Source: a virus (Duplodnaviria; Caudoviricetes). Taken from it: a DNA stretch of 64,000 bases. The notes beneath the pieces were generated by a model that saw only the letters and a list, made by a program, of their open reading frames with translations, was not told the DNA's origin and searched no databases. Positions 63,234 to 64,000 of this stretch are shown here, in pieces. Positions within the stretch are counted from its first letter, which is position 1. Every line of letters begins with the position of its first letter. Position numbers and translations under genes: made by a program. Location: IMG/VR virus record IMGVR_UViG_3300035208_002115; one strand, 5' to 3'.

Positions 63234-63563
63234 CTATAAATGTGGTTTTTCTGAAACTTGAATTTTTATTTCAGGTTTAACCTTCTTTGGTATTTGAAAT
63301 ACACTAAATTTTCCAAATACTTCTAAAACTCGAACTACCACAATTTCTTCATTAAATGCATTATCATTTTTCCCCTGTTCATATCCTACCCATTTCACAC
63401 ATTGATTAAAGTAATATCCATTATCAAAGATATGGTTTACTTTATTGGGTTTAGTCCAATAATCATCAGAAAATGTGTCGAGTGCTTCAACAAGCATGTT
63501 ATAAAGTTCTATTTTAGTAAAACTGTGATATCTTGCAAGTTTTTTTGCAGTATTCCGATTCAT
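63234..63563 (-). CDS. Hypothetical protein
   Basis: ORF track. Confidence 0.6.
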   Translation of the reverse strand: MNRNTAKKLARYHSFTKIELYNMLVEALDTFSDDYWTKPNKVNHIFDNGYYFNQCVKWVGYEQGKNDNAFNEEIVVVRVLEVFGKFSVFQIPKKVKPEIKIQVSEKPHL

Positions 63564-63642
63564 TATTTTAATATTTTATAATTTTTCAACATCATAATAC
63601 TTTAAATCAATTATTTTCATATAAAGAGTAGTATGAATTTTT

Positions 63643-63993
63643 TCATGTTTTTACTTCTTTGGATTTATATGATACATTTTCTCTAAAGAATTCCTCTTTT
63701 TCTTTTTCAAATTTTTTTATTTTTTCAGGTATATTTTTATAAAAAATTTTTATATCTGTCATACTTTTAAAACTCTTAATTTTTTCTTCACAATTAGAAT
63801 ATGTGTCCAAATAAGTAGTCCAACCATCAGATATTTGACAATTATAGTCAGAAGGTGTGTTCCACAAATGAAGTTTTATCCATATTGGTATTAAAGTGTT
63901 AGAATATTTTATATAATAAAGGTGTTTGTGATAACACACCACTTTTATTCTAAAAAAATTCAATTTACCCATGATAATCTGTCCCAAATACAT
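63643..63993 (-). CDS. Hypothetical protein
   Basis: ORF track. Confidence 0.55.
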   Translation of the reverse strand: MYLGQIIMGKLNFFRIKVVCYHKHLYYIKYSNTLIPIWIKLHLWNTPSDYNCQISDGWTTYLDTYSNCEEKIKSFKSMTDIKIFYKNIPEKIKKFEKEKEEFFRENVSYKSKEVKT

Positions 63994-64000
63994 CTAAGTA

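Noticed and set aside
1-64000. Alternative genetic code (TAG or TGA recoding)
   Set aside because: Code-11 ORFs tile the window densely, and TAG/TGA end many genes at sensible positions. Only one internal TAG was seen and no CTA/TCA suppressor tRNA.

Overview
Very AT-rich, gene-dense segment of a large (jumbo/T4-like) bacteriophage that probably infects Bacteroidota. The host inference rests on recurrent TAnnTTTG -7 promoter elements, a Bacteroidota-type RpoD sigma factor and rrn-type boxA motifs. Recognisable genes: the C-terminal half of a split family-B DNA polymerase, a sigma-70 factor, Pth2, a macrodomain protein, two ART-fold proteins, two NUDIX hydrolases, HAD/SLOG enzymes, a BCS1-like AAA ATPase, an intein-containing UDP-glucuronate decarboxylase, a DNA-modification cluster (Dam-like MTase, TAGT/GREB1-like glycosyltransferase, SAM MTase), an AT-hook-DUF262 fusion, a complete ABC/OmpA/PspA-like membrane operon, and 14 tRNA or tRNA-like genes. 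The most striking unexplained signals are five. (1) A candidate ribosome-dependent attenuator ahead of the tRNA cluster: codons 3-24 of its 39-codon leader encode only amino acids served by the downstream phage tRNAs, and it has mutually exclusive terminator/antiterminator hairpins, so it may sense tRNA depletion. (2) A structured ncRNA inside the tRNA cluster carrying a solitary Cas12a-type repeat handle. (3) More than 20 unrelated small ORFs sharing a C-terminal R-x-x-K-[IL]-x-x-[IL] tag, including unannotated mini-ORFs and degenerate protease/tail-tube paralogs. (4) A separate set of proteins with T4 capsid-targeting-like N-termini, mostly behind a TAATATATA motif. (5) Apparent GATC avoidance. 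All calls were made by eye from the sequence and the ORF track; no database searches were run.
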